The translations under genes and the position numbers were made by a program. The notes beneath the pieces are model-generated. The model had not been told where the DNA came from and did no database searches. It saw nothing but the letters and a program-made list of their open reading frames with translations. Shown here one piece after another: positions 23,655 through 37,031 of a DNA stretch of 64,000 nucleotides. Position 1 is the stretch's first letter. The number at the start of each line of letters is the position of its first letter. The DNA lies in NCBI GenBank assembly GCA_964016885.1, contig OZ024740.1, forward strand, positions 231,136,001 through 231,200,000, given 5' to 3'. Origin of the DNA: Eledone cirrhosa (taxonomy: Eukaryota).

Positions 23655-26030
23655 TATCACCAGCATCACTATTTTATGTTTGCTTTCCTTGCTGGCATGG
23701 GCTGGATCTGTCGTTTATGGTCTGAGTCAGTTCTTATTTGGAATTACTATCAGCCTAGCTGGGTTGCAAGACCACATCTCACATGTATGTTCTAATTTGT
23801 AGCAAGGAATTTTACAGCTGGATACTCTTCCCAATGTCAACCATATTACGGAGTGTACTGTAATCAGGCATCATGTCTAAATAGCATGGAAGGGATTGTG
23901 AAGTAGGTAGACACTCCAGTGTATCCAGTGTAAACTGGGGGTGCATAAGAGGCATAGTGGAATCACTGGCAGGCTAACAGAAAAAAGAAACTTTATTTGT
24001 GGCTGTTACTACATAGGGGTATGTATGTATATATATGGTATAGTTCTGTAAGTCCTGAAGGAGTCATAGCTGCTGAGCTATGTTATAAAGTCCACTGTGT
24101 TTAGCCCACAAATACTCCCAAACAGCTGGGTAAAGTGCTGCTGCAAACAGCCTACATCTAATCTGTGAACTAGTTTCTTATTGTTTCTTTTTTGCTCCAC
24201 CCTATCAGTTCTAATCTAATAGCTTATTTCTCAGAGACTCACCATGATCACACCCATCAATTTTTGATCAACTAGTTCACTAATTTGGTCGCTGTAGGCT
24301 TTCCATGATCGGAACAATGCATTCAGCTTTCAGTAACTAAACTTCCATTTTAATGTTCTATCACAAAGACGCAGATCACAAAATTGTGATTTTGTTGCTG
24401 ATATTGTGGACCCTATATAGGGCGGATAGAGAGTGAGAGAATGAAAGTGAGAAAGGGATATAGTGGAAGAATCGACCCCAGTACTGGACTGGTATTTTCT
24501 TTATCAGCCTCAAATCGATGAAAGGCAAAGTTGAACACGGCAGGATTTGAACTGAGAGAGCAGAGATTCAACACAAATACCACAAAGCATTCTATCTGAT
24601 GTTCTAACGACTCTGACAATTTGCTGCTTTTTTTAATATATAGGGATAGTTAGTAGTAAAGAGCACCAGTGGGATAAACACTTTCCAATATCAGGAAGAC
24701 TCCATAGTAGTTGTTGATAGCTTCTGTTACCTAGGTAAGCAACATCGCAGTGGAGAAAGATGCTCCAAAAACATTGTATCCAGAGTAAGGACAGGGTGGA
24801 AAATGGTTAGGTGGCTACTATCTCTGCTAGCAATAAAAAAAATTCTCTGCCTGAAGGAAGGGTAGATTGTATGATGTCTGCATACAAAGTGCAATGTTGC
24901 ATGGTAGTCAGACTTGGGAATTGAATGCAGATAGTGTGTAATGGGTAGAAAAAATGAGGCAGGCATGATCCGGTAAATGTGTAATGTTAGTTTGCATTGG
25001 TTAGATTAATTGTAATGTTATGAGACATGTTAGGTCAGGTGACCATGTCTTGCTTATGTATATCTGTATTTTGGCTTGGTTTCTATAGCTGGATACTCTT
25101 CCTAACACCAACCACGTTACAGTGTGGATTGGATGTTTTTTATTGTGGCACCAAAATGACCATCTAACAAGGTGGACTGGGTGCTTTTTCATTATGCCAC
25201 CTTACAGGGTGGACTGTGTTTTTTGTTGTCACCAGCATGACCACCTTACAGGGTGCTTTTTCATCATGTCACTAACACAACCACCTTACAAGGCGGACTG
25301 GATGCTTTTTTTCTCATGTCACCAGCACAACCACCTTACAGGGTGCTTTTATAGTTATTTCACTGCTGTGACAGTAACATAGTGGAAGAGCAGATATAGA
25401 GTGTGCCCAGCTTTCCATGCTTCTATGCATGGTTTTATCAAGAGGGTTGGAGGGGGGGGGGGGGACTGGTATGCAATTTGGACATGAACCAGGTATATGT
25501 AGTTGGTGGGGTGGGTGTTAAGAATGCAGTGGGTAAATGGGGAAGGAGTAAGGAAAGGATTGGTGCAGACAAGTGTCTTCTACATGTTTTATCCTGAGTC
25601 CATGGGAAGACAGGTCATCTGCAGTACAGCATAACACCAGAGATCACGATCCTGTGTCACCTTTGAGAGGTTTCATTCTGCAAGGTCTGCTTTTATCACT
25701 TCATCCTAAGCTTTCCTAGGTCTTTCTTTTCCATAGTTTCTACCAACTTTGAGCACCCTGTACCTTTTTATATAGCTGCCATTTTCGATATGGGTCACAT
25801 GCTAATGCCACCACAGTCTCCTCTCTTGCACATTGACCCCTCTTATGCCCAGTTTCTCTCAGTTCATTGAAGCTTCACCATTCATGCACACCACTATTAC
25901 ACGTCTATTGAAGCATGCAAGCTTCATTTCTTTCCGATCTTTGTAGGTCCTCTGCATATATTGCCCTGGTCTCACTTCCATGCTGCATTGCAGTTTGTAC
26001 ACAAGCCTCATACAATCTGCTTTTCATTTT
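23655..26030. mobile_element. Patchwork of old RTE fragments on both strands plus an old S1 SINE (24420-24630, minus)
   Basis: Remnants of GVGRHS..C..CKL.VHKR (23895-24010), VVDSFCYLG (24705-24990), and minus-strand MQHGSET..ERNEACML (25600-26030) with an internally repeated 3' module (25080-25350). Confidence 0.7.
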
Positions 26031-26034
26031 GAGA

Positions 26035-26067
<33 letters not shown>

Positions 26068-26133
26068 AATATATATATCATCATCATAGATGTGTATATG
26101 TATGTGTGCGTGTGTAGATGTGTGTTTGTATGA

Positions 26134-26198
<65 letters not shown>

Positions 26199-26338
26199 CA
26201 AGTACTACAATGTCTGAAACAGCGTGATAACTTTTGAAAATCAAAATATGGATTATTTTCTTTTCTTGTTTATTTTATGTCAATATATTACAAATGGAGG
26301 AAATCTGTGTTGTTATTTCATTCCAGAGGATATACTCT

Positions 26339-26678
26339 TCATCATCATCATTTCATTTTACGTCCGCTTTTCCCTGCTTGCAAGGGTGGGACGGGAACTG
26401 ATTCTGGCTTGATTTCTACAACTGGATGCCCTTCCTAACACCAACCTCATTTACAGTGAGTGCTGGGTGCTTTTTTGCTGTGGCACCTCCACGACCACTT
26501 TACAGTGGAATGATATGGACCCCAGTCCCTATCATCTCATTTCTACAGCTGAGTAAACTGGAGCAATGTGAAATAAAGTGTCTTGCTCAAGGAAACAACA
26601 CATCACCCGGTCTGAGAATTGAACTCACAACCTTTCGATTGCAAGGCCAATGCTCTAACCACTAAGCCATGTGCCTCC
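26339..26678 (-). mobile_element. Full-length S2 CORE-like SINE
   Basis: Near-identical reverse complement of 13505-13854 and 45581-45927. Confidence 0.92.
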
Positions 26679-26699
26679 ATTTTTGTTTTTATTATTACT

Positions 26700-27505
26700 A
26701 TCACTGGGTAATTGCTGGCCTTGTGCCTAAAGTAGAAACAATTATTACTATCATTATTATTAAGGTTGACTTTGCCTTTCATCCTTACGGGGTCGATAAA
26801 ATAAAGTACCAGTAATGCACTGGGTAATTTGCTGGCCTTGTGCCTAAAGTAGAAACAATTATTATTATATTATTAAGGGTGGTGAATTGGCAGTATCGGT
26901 AGAGGGTTGGACGCCATGCTTTCTAACATAGTTACGTCCCTTTACAGTCTGAGTTCAAATCCCGCCAAGGTTAACTTTGCCTTTCATCCTTACGGGGTCG
27001 ATAAAATAAAGTACCAGTAATGTACTGGGTAATTGCTGGCCTTGTGCCTAAAGTAGAAACAATTATTATTATATTATTATTAGGGTGGTTGATTGGAGTA
27101 TTGGTAGAGTTTAGAACGCCATGCTTCGTGGCATAGAGTTACGACTATTTACCTTCGGAATTCAAACCCCCTCCGAAGTTAGCTTTGTCCCTTTTATCCT
27201 TACGGAGTAGATAAAATAAAGTACCAGTAATGCTCTGGGGTCGATTTAATCGACTTTCCCCTCCCCCAAAAAATTGTTGGCCTTGTGCCTAAAGTAGAAA
27301 CCATTATTATTAGGGCCGTTGAATGGCAGTATTGGTAGAGCGTTGAACACCATGCTTCCTGGCATAGTGTTATGGCCCTTTACGTTCTGAGTTCAAATTC
27401 CACCGAGGTTAGCTTTGCCTTTATCTTTAGATAGTCGATAAAATAAAGTACCAGTAATGTACTGGGGTAGATTTAATCGAATTTCCCTTCCTCCAAAATT
27501 ATTAT
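26700..27505 (+). mobile_element. Head-to-tail array of about five S1 SINEs separated by (ATT)n
   Basis: Repeated GGCCTTGTGCCTAAAGTAGAAAC(ATT)n ends; tRNA heads near 26877, 27082 and 27312. Confidence 0.88.
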
Positions 27506-27924
27506 ACCTTTCATAATTGATAATGCTATTTAATAATACTTATGCAATAAATTCTTCTAGATATTTTCTGTCCCTTCTCTGCCCCCACCCCCCACCCCCA
27601 CACACACTTTCTAAGTAAATTTAGAAAAGATTTCTTCAGGTCCCTTTTTAAAATAATTTTCTTTTTATGAGTTTCATTCTTTGATTGTAAGAACAAATTT
27701 ATGTTGTTGATACTAAAATAGAACATTCTTGAAATAGCTTAGTCGCATATTTGAATCTTATTGTTTTCCACTAGAATAGTCAATATGAATACTTTAGATT
27801 TATTTACCCTATACCAGTTTACTTGTGTTTATTCTAATTTTTATTGAATTTTATATTTTACATTTATAAATTTCATTTATTGATCCAGTGCATCTTATTA
27901 ATAGTATATATATCTATCTGTATG

Positions 27925-28033
27925 TGGTTGACGGCAGAGAGAAAGGAGTACTCAGTACTGAAGTAGAGTTTTAATATTCATTTTATTAATGCTAAATAGT
28001 GAGTCTTGTTTCTCTGGAGTTTCGCCTGTTTAT
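27925..28033 (-). mobile_element. Penelope-like terminal fragment (3' half of hammerhead + tail), same family as 14788-14907
   Basis: Reverse complement ATAAACAGGC-GAAA-CTCCAGAG..ACAAGACTCAC followed by an AT-rich tail with AATAAA. Confidence 0.5.
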
Positions 28034-28038
28034 ATATA

Positions 28039-28661
28039 CAGTAATCCCCTGTTTATTGCATGGAATACGTTCCAGAACCAACCGCGATAAATGAAAATCC
28101 GCGATATAGAGAGACCATAAAAACAACCATTGTTTTCATAGTTAATGTCTTAAAATACCTCTCCTACACGTTTTAAGTACATATAAACTCGTTAAAACAC
28201 ACTTTTCTATTTAAACACCAAAAACAGCCAGTAACGATCGTATAGAAACTACCACCAACGATCGTACCACTAGTTACCAATGACGACCATTACCAGCCAC
28301 GTTAGCCTCTTGGTAATACTTGGCACATCTCCCGTCAATCTATGAAGGGTTTGTAATAGGTTAGAGAAAAACACAATCAGTAAAACAGTAATGCAATGAA
28401 AAATAGAAACATTTTTATAGTTAAAGCCTTAAGATGCCCCTTCCTTGCGCTATACACTTCAATTAAATTGAAACTTATTTAATAAGTTTAAATTTTAAAC
28501 ACTTTTTATTCAGACGTACCGCGATAAGAAAATAGATATGTTCTAACAAAAATTCCCCGATATAGCGAGGATTATCGCAATAGGAAATTAGATATGTTCC
28601 AAAGAAAAATCCGCGATGTAGCGGGACCATGAAAAGTAAACCGTGATATAGCAGAAGATTA

Positions 28662-28664
<3 letters not shown>
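28039..28664. mobile_element. Pogo/Tigger-type MITE
   Basis: TA|CAGTAATCCC ... GATTACTG|TA termini and subterminal CCGCGAT repeats at both ends. Confidence 0.78.
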
Positions 28665-28693
<29 letters not shown>

Positions 28694-28699
<6 letters not shown>

Positions 28700-29031
28700 T
28701 ACCCGACCTCCCATGGGTACAAGCCGAAGCTGAAGCATATAGACAATATGCCCCCAGACCCTTCCACTGCAAAGTGGTCGTGGAGGTGCCACGGCAAAAA
28801 AGCACCCAGCCCACACTGTAAAGTGGACATGTTGGTGCCACGGAAAAAAAGCACCCAGCACTCACTGTAAATGAGGTTGGTGTTAGGAAGGGCATCCAGC
28901 TGTAGAAATCAAGCCAGAATCAGTTTCTGTATGAGCAAGACAAGGTCAGCCGACCAGACACTGCCCACAACAGGACAACCTGTCTAACCCATGCTAGCGT
29001 GGAAGAATGGATGTAAAACGGTGATGATGAT
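28694..29031 (+). mobile_element. RTE family C 3' fragment (ORF end + 3'UTR)
   Basis: Matches 63220-63544. Confidence 0.9.
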
Positions 29032-29102
29032 ATATATATATATATCATCATCATCATCATCATTTTAACGTCCACTTTACCTGGTTGCAAGGGTTGGATG
29101 GG

Positions 29103-29133
<31 letters not shown>

Positions 29134-29380
29134 TCTACTCATCTGTAGAAATGAGTTGTGTAAAAGCTGTATCGGCCATAGCCTTTCCCATGGACATCAT
29201 CGGTGTCGTGGAGAGGGGATGCTGATGTGCATGGGCGACTGCTGGTCTTCCTCAAACAACCTTACCCGGACTTGTGCCCCGGAGGGAAACTTTCTAGGTG
29301 CAAATCACATGGTTATTCATGACTTATGGGGTCTTCGATATATATTATATATGTATGTATGTATATATATATATATATAT

Positions 29381-30308
29381 ATATTTATTAAAATAACAGA
29401 TTAAAGTTTAAGCAAAGAATCGCTGCTTTCACCCTTAACGGGATCTTCTGAGACTAACAAAGTCAATCTGTGAACACAGAAGTAAATATTTAAAAAAACG
29501 TTGCAACTGGAGGAAGACAGGAAGACGATACTTTGGTTCGTGGAAACCTTCCCTGGCAAAGAACGGGAAAAAACGAATATAATACGACATTAATAGGAGT
29601 GGTGAAAAACAATTACACGCAAAGACAGAACCACGTTTATGGTATAAAAGAAGTCGTAGACTAATATTGCCTTAGGTGGTTCATAGAGACGTTCTCTGGC
29701 AATGAATGGAAAAAAATGAAGATAATACGTCATATGTGGAGCATGGAGAACAATTGCACGCAAAGACAAAACCACGTAAATGGTATAACTGAAATCGTAG
29801 ACTAAAATACTAACTAGGAAACCGAATGATTCTCGGCTTCAGAGTTAAGAATAAAGTAAATAAAATACAGAGGTAATTGAAATTAAATAAATACATACAT
29901 GCATCCATATACGTACATATACAAATACACACACAAACACAAAAAAAAAACCAAAACAAAAGAAAACCCGCACACACATACAGAACCCACGCAACGCCTG
30001 TACCTGCTCCAAATAATGACGTATTATATTCGTTTTTTCCCGTTCTTTGCCAAGGAACGTTTCCACGAACCAAAGTATCGTCTTCCTGTCTTCCTCCGGC
30101 TGCAACATTTTTTGAAATATTTACTTCTGCGTTCACAGATTGACTTTGTTAGTTTCAGAAGATCCCGTTAAGGGTAAAAGCAGCGATTCTTTGCTTAAAC
30201 TTTAATCTGTTATTTTAATAAATATTTGCTCTATGGTTCTTATATATTTAATATATATTTATCCTTATCGAGCCCTCTTTGGATTTTAGTCTTCAAATTT
30301 ATTATTAT

Positions 30309-30310
<2 letters not shown>
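29381..30310. mobile_element. Penelope-like element with inverted ~220-bp arms, each carrying a variant hammerhead
   Basis: 29381-29599 is the reverse complement of 30007-30225. Hammerhead-like folds at 29397-29470 (-) and 30136-30209 (+). Internal ~143-bp tandem repeat at 29535-29820. Confidence 0.72.
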
Positions 30311-30340
<30 letters not shown>

Positions 30341-30343
<3 letters not shown>

Positions 30344-30720
30344 CGCCTTGCCAGTAGGCATCTCTAACAAAATACACTCCGTCCCGCCACCACCCCCACC
30401 CCATCCACACCACCCCGTTCTATGTAAAGTTATGTTGGTGCCGCGCCATCCAGGCCGAAACAAATGAGATCGTGTAGGTGTCACGACAAAAAAACACACA
30501 GTCCACGCTGTAATGTGGCCGTGTAGGCAACACGGTAAAAACCTCCCAGACCCACACTGTAAATGTGGTTGGTGTTAGGAAGGGCATCCAACTGTAGAAA
30601 ACCTGCCAGACAGTCCTATGCGAGCAAGACAATCACTCTTGCCTCAAGTGGGACTACCCCCGTCCAAACCCATGCAAGCGTGGAACACGGACGTTAAACG
30701 TTGATGATGATGATGATGAT
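30341..30720 (+). mobile_element. RTE family B 3'UTR copy 1
   Basis: Near-identical to 32031-32440 and 33060-33467; (GAT)n tail. Confidence 0.93.
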
Positions 30721-30791
30721 ATATATGTTTATATATATATATATATGTTTATATATATATATATATGTTTATATATATATATATATATGTT

Positions 30792-30826
<35 letters not shown>

Positions 30827-31863
30827 ATATGTTTATATATATATATATATGTTTATATATTTATGTTTATATATATATGTTTATATATATATATATATGT
30901 TTATATATATATATATGTTTATATATATATATGTTTATATATATATATATATGTTTATATATATAAGTTTATATAGATATGTTTATATATATATATATGT
31001 TTATATATATATATGTTTATATATATATATATATGTTTATATATATATATATATGTTTATATATATATATATGTTTATATATATATATGATATATATATA
31101 TAAACATATATATATATATAATCATATATATATATAAACATATATATATATATATAATGTTTATATATAAACATATATATATATATATATATATGTTTAT
31201 ATATAAACATATATATATATATATATATGTTTATATATATATATATGTTTATATATATATATATGTTTATATATATATATATATGTTTATATATATATGT
31301 TTATATATATATATATGTTTATATATAAACATATATATATATATATATATGTTTATATATATATATATGTTTATATATATATATATATATGTTTATATAT
31401 ATGTTTATATATAAACATATATATATATGTTTATATATATATATATATATGTTTATATATATGTTTATATATAAACATATATATATATATGTTTATATAT
31501 ATATGTTTATATATATGTTTATATATAAACATATATATATATATGTTTATATATATATATATGTTTATATATAAACATATATATATATATATATATATAT
31601 GTTTATATATATATATGTTTATATATAAACATATATATATATATATATATATGTTTATATATATATATGTTTATATATATATATGTTTATATATATATAT
31701 ATATGTTTATATATATATATATGTTTATATATATATATATGTTTATATATATATATATGTTTATATATATATATATGTTTATATATATATATATGTTTAT
31801 ATATATATATGTTTATATATATATATATGTTTATATATATATATATATGTTTATATATATATA

Positions 31864-32440
31864 TATAGCTGTATAACAAAGTGCAGGGCAATAAAGATAG
31901 ACGGTAGTCACGGAATAGGCAGACCTAGAAAAACCTGGGACGAGCTGATAAACTCCGACATCACACACTTACACCTCTCCAAGACAATGTCACTGGACCG
32001 AGACCTTTGGCGGTACTCAGTAACAGAGAAGACCCGCCTTACTTAAATATATAGTAAAACCTACTCCAGCCAGTAGGCATCTCTAACAAAATACACCCCG
32101 TCCCACCACCACCACCCCCACTCCATCCACACCACCCCGTTCTATGTAAAGTTATGTTGGTGCCGCGCCTTCGAGGCCGAAACAAATGAGATCGTGTAGG
32201 TGTCACGACAAAAAAACACAGTCCACGCTGTAATGTGGCCGTGTAGGCAACACGGTAAAAACCTCCCAGACCCACACTGTAAATGTGGTTGGTGTTAGGA
32301 AGGGCATCCAACTGTAGAAAACCTGCCAGACAGTCCTATGCGAGCAAGACAATCACTCTTGCCTCAAGTGGGACTACCCCCGTCCAAACCCATGCAAGCG
32401 TGGAACACGGACGTTAAACGTTGATGATGATGATGATGAT
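31864..32440 (+). mobile_element. RTE family B 5'-truncated copy 2
   Basis: [30 protein letters not shown] plus 3'UTR. Confidence 0.93.
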
Positions 32441-32489
32441 ATATATGTTTATATATATATATATATGTTTATATATATATATATATGTT

Positions 32490-32542
<53 letters not shown>

Positions 32543-32806
32543 ATATGTTTATATATATATATATATGTTTATATATTTATGTTTATATATATATATATGT
32601 TTATATATATATATATATGTTTATATATATATATATGTTTATATATATATGTTTATATATATATGTTTATATATATATATATGTTTATATATATATATAT
32701 GTTTATATATATATATATGTTTATATATATGTTTATATATATATATATATGTTTATATATATATATATGTTTATATATATATATATATGTTTATATATAT
32801 ATATAT

Positions 32807-33467
32807 TAAAAAATTAGAGATAAGAGGGATCAGATGTTGTTTACTCGAGAGAAGGCTACGTTGGTATGGACACGTGATGCGCATGAAAGTCGATAGCTGT
32901 ATAACAAAGTGCAGGGCAATAAAGATAGACGGTAGTCACGGAATAGGCAGACCTAGAAAAACCTGGGACGAGCTGATAAACTCCGACATCACACACTTAC
33001 ACCTCTCCAAGACAATGTCACTGGACCGAGACCTTTGGCGGTACTCAGTAACAGAGAAGACCCGCCTTACCTAAATATATAGTAAAACCTACTCCAGCCA
33101 GTAGGCATCTCTAACAAAATACACCCCGTCCCACCACCCCCACCCCCACCCCGATCCACACCACCCCGTTCTATGTAAAGTTATGTTGGTGCCGCGCCTT
33201 CGAGGCCGAAACAAATGAGATCGTGTAGGTGTCACGACAAAAAAACACACAGTCCACGCTGTAATGTGGCCGTGTAGGCAACACGGTAAAAACCTCCCAG
33301 ACCCACACTGTAAATGTGGTTGGTGTTAGGAAGGGCATCCAACTGTAGAAAACCTGCCAGACAGTCCTATGCGAGCAAGACAATCACTCTTGCCTCAAGT
33401 GGGACTACCCCCGTCCAAACCCATGCAAGCGTGGAACACGGACGTTAAACGTTGATGATGATGATGA
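32807..33467 (+). mobile_element. RTE family B 5'-truncated copy 3
   Basis: [31 protein letters not shown] plus 3'UTR. Confidence 0.93.
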
Positions 33468-33545
33468 TATATATATATATATGTTTATATATATATATAT
33501 ATGTTTATATATATGTTTATATATATATGTTTATATATATATATG

Positions 33546-33576
<31 letters not shown>

Positions 33577-34807
33577 GTTTATATATATGTATATGTTTAT
33601 ATATATATGTTTATATATATATATGTTTATATATGTATGTTAAATATATATGTTTATATATGTATATGTTTATATATATATACATGTATATGTTTATATA
33701 TGTATATGTTTATATATGTATATGTTTATATATATGTTTATATATGTATATGTTTATATATATATACATGTATATGTTTATATATATATATGTTTATATT
33801 ATACATATGTATATGTTTTATATATATATGTTTATATATACATATGTATATGTTTATATATGTATATGTTTATATATATATATGTTTATGTATATGTTTA
33901 GATATATATATGTTTATATATATATAGGTATATGTTTATATATATATATTATATTGTATATGTTTATATATATGTATATGTTTATATATATATATATATA
34001 TATGTATATGTTTATATATATGTATATGTTTATATATATATATATATATATGTATATGTTTATATATATGTATATGTTTATATATATATATATGTTTATA
34101 TATATATATATGTTTATATATATGTATATGTTTATATATATGTTTATATATATGTTTATATATATGTATATGTTTATATTATTATATATATGTTTATATA
34201 TATATGTATATGTTTATATATATATATGTATATGTTTATATATGTATATGTTTATATATGTATATGGTTTATATATGTATATGTTTATATATGTATATGG
34301 TTTATATATGTATATGTTTCTATATATATATATATATGTATATGTTTCTCTATATATATATATGTATATGTTTCTATATATATATATATGTATATGTTTC
34401 TATATATATATATATGTATATGTTTCTATATATATATATATATGTATATGTTTCTATATATATATATATATGTATATGTTTCTATATATATATATATATG
34501 TATATGTTTCTATATATATATATATATGTATATGTTTGTATATGTTTATATATGTATATGTTTATATATATGTATATGTTTATATATATGTATATGTTGA
34601 TATAGATATATATGTTTATATATATATGTAAATGTTTATATGTATATGTTTATATATATGGATATGTTTATATATATATATGGATATGTTTATATATATA
34701 TGCATATGTTTATATATGTATATCTTTATGTATATGTTTATATATGTATATATTTATATATATATGTATATGCTGATATATATGTATATGTTGATATATA
34801 TGTATAT

Positions 34808-35095
34808 GAGCTGTATGGGAGCATCCCAAAAGTCAGCTCAAAAGTGACACAGAGGAGACTGAGGTTGGCTGGACATGCTCACCGACATCCAGAGTTGACA
34901 TTGCACTCAGTGCTCCTTTGGGAGCCCCTACATGGACACACTAGAAGAGGAAGACCAAAGTTAACATATGTTGATGCCCTAAGGACAGACACTGGTCTGT
35001 TGGAGATGCAGGATATGGCAGTGATAATGAGGGACAGAGACCTCTGGAGAGAACTCGTCCATGGATCTCGGGAATTTTACCCACCTTAGATAGAT
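34808..35095 (+). mobile_element. RTE/RTEX-like LINE (family D) 3' fragment with (TAGA)n tail
   Basis: ELYGSIP..RRLRLAGHAHRHPE..LLWEP..RGRPKLTYVD..DRDLWR; stop runs directly into TAGATAGAT. Confidence 0.85.
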
Positions 35096-35306
35096 GTATA
35101 TGTTTATATATATGTATATGTTTATATGTATATGTTTATATATATATGTATATGTTTATATATATATGTATATGTTTATATATATGTATCTGTTTATATA
35201 TATGTATATGTTTATATATATATGTATATGTTTATATATATGTATATGTTTATATATATATATTTGTATACGTTTCTGTATATGTTCAATATATATATAT
35301 GTATAT

Positions 35307-37031
35307 TCGGGTTTGTGTCAGGCAAAAGTACCACAGACGCTCTTTTCATTGTACGACAACTACAGGAGAAGTACCTAGCTAAAAGCAAACCCCTATACTT
35401 AGCCTTCGACAGAGTCCCCCGTTCCATTATCTGGTGGGCTCTTAGAAAACTAGGTGTTGACAAATGGCTTGTGAGAGCTATACAAGCTATGTATAAAGAA
35501 ACAGTGAGCAAGGTTAGAATTAACAACGAATATAGTGAAGAGTTTAGCGTAAAAGTTGGTGTCCATTAGGGCTCTGTTCTTAGCCCCCTACTATTTATCA
35601 TTGCTCTTCAGGCTATAACAGAGGAGTTCAAGACCGGCTGCCCATGGGAACTCCTATACGCAGATGACCTAACGCTCATAGCTGAATCAATGGCCGAGCT
35701 AGAGAAGAAATTCAAAACATGGAAGCACGGCCTAGAATCAAAAGGCCTTAAAATTAACCTCGCTAAGACTAAAGTTCTAGTTTGTAGGAAAGAAAATAAG
35801 GCGCCGGTCCCTTCCGGGAAATGGCCATGCTCAGTGTGTAGGAAAGGTGTAGGTAGAAACTCCATTTTATGTCCCAAATGCAAAGTATGGGTGCATAAAA
35901 GATGTAGTGGGATCACAGGTAAGCTAACTAAGAACACAGATTTTACATGTGGCCGGTGCTCTGGTGCAATAAGTAGCAGCAAGTGCCCACAAAATACTAG
36001 CTCTTTCAACTGCGCAGAGGGTTCTATAGAAATAGTGGACAGCTTCCGTTACCTGGGTGACAAAATCAGCAGTGGGGGAGGGTGCTCTGAAAGTACAGTA
36101 GCTAGAGTCAGAACTGGATGGAAAAAGTTCAGAGAGCTTATACCACTATTAGCCGCTAAAGGGTTCTCCCTAAAAATGAAAGGCAGGTTGTATGATGCCT
36201 GCATACGAACAGCAATATTGCATGGCAGTGAGACCTGGGCATTGTGTGCAGAGGATATATGCAGACTAGAGAGGAACGAAGCTTGCATGCTCCGCTGGAT
36301 GTGTAATAGTAATATACGCGAACGGCAAAGCATAAACGAACTAAGGAAAAAATTAGAAATAAGAGGCATCAGATGTTGTTTACTCGAGAGAAAGCTACGT
36401 TGGTATGGTCACGTGATGCGCATGAAAGACGACAGCTGTATAGCAAAGTGCAGGGCAATAAAGATAGACGGTAGCCACGGAGTAGGCAGACCCAGAAAAA
36501 CCTGGGACGAGCTGATAAATTCCGACCTCGCACACTTACACCTCTCCAAGACAATGTCACTGGACCGAGACCTTTGGCGGTACTCAGTAATAGAGAAGAC
36601 CCGCCTTACCTAAATACAAAATACACTCCCGTCCCACCACCCCCACCCCATCCACACCGCCCCTTTCAATGTAAAGTTATGTTGGTACCACAAAATCCAG
36701 GCCGAAACAAACGAGATCGTGTAGGTGTCACAACAAAAAAAAACACACAGTCCACGCTGTAAATGTGGTTGGTGTCAGGAAGGGCATCCAGCTGTAGAAA
36801 ACCCGCCAGACAGTCCACGCTGTAATGTGGCCGTGTAGGCAACATGGTAAAAACCTCCCAGCCCCACACTGTAAATGTGGTTGGTGTTAGGAAGGGCATC
36901 CAACTGTAGAAAACCCGCCAGACAGTCCTATGCGAGCAAGACAACCACTCTAGCCTCAAGTGGGAAAACTCCCGTCCAAACCCATGCAAGCGTGGAACAT
37001 GGACGTTAAACGATGATGATGATGATGATGA
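35307..37031 (+). mobile_element. RTE family B 5'-truncated copy 4 (RT C-half, PHD-like finger, 3'UTR)
   Basis: FGFVSGKSTTDA, YADD, ORF 35690-36613. In-frame deletion of VDLEKAF and a premature TAG at 35567. Confidence 0.95.

Noticed and set aside
30341-37031. Telomeric HeT-A/TART-like retrotransposon array
   Set aside because: Orientation reverses after 40 kb, ordinary sequence resumes at 61.5 kb, and no TTAGGG arrays are present.
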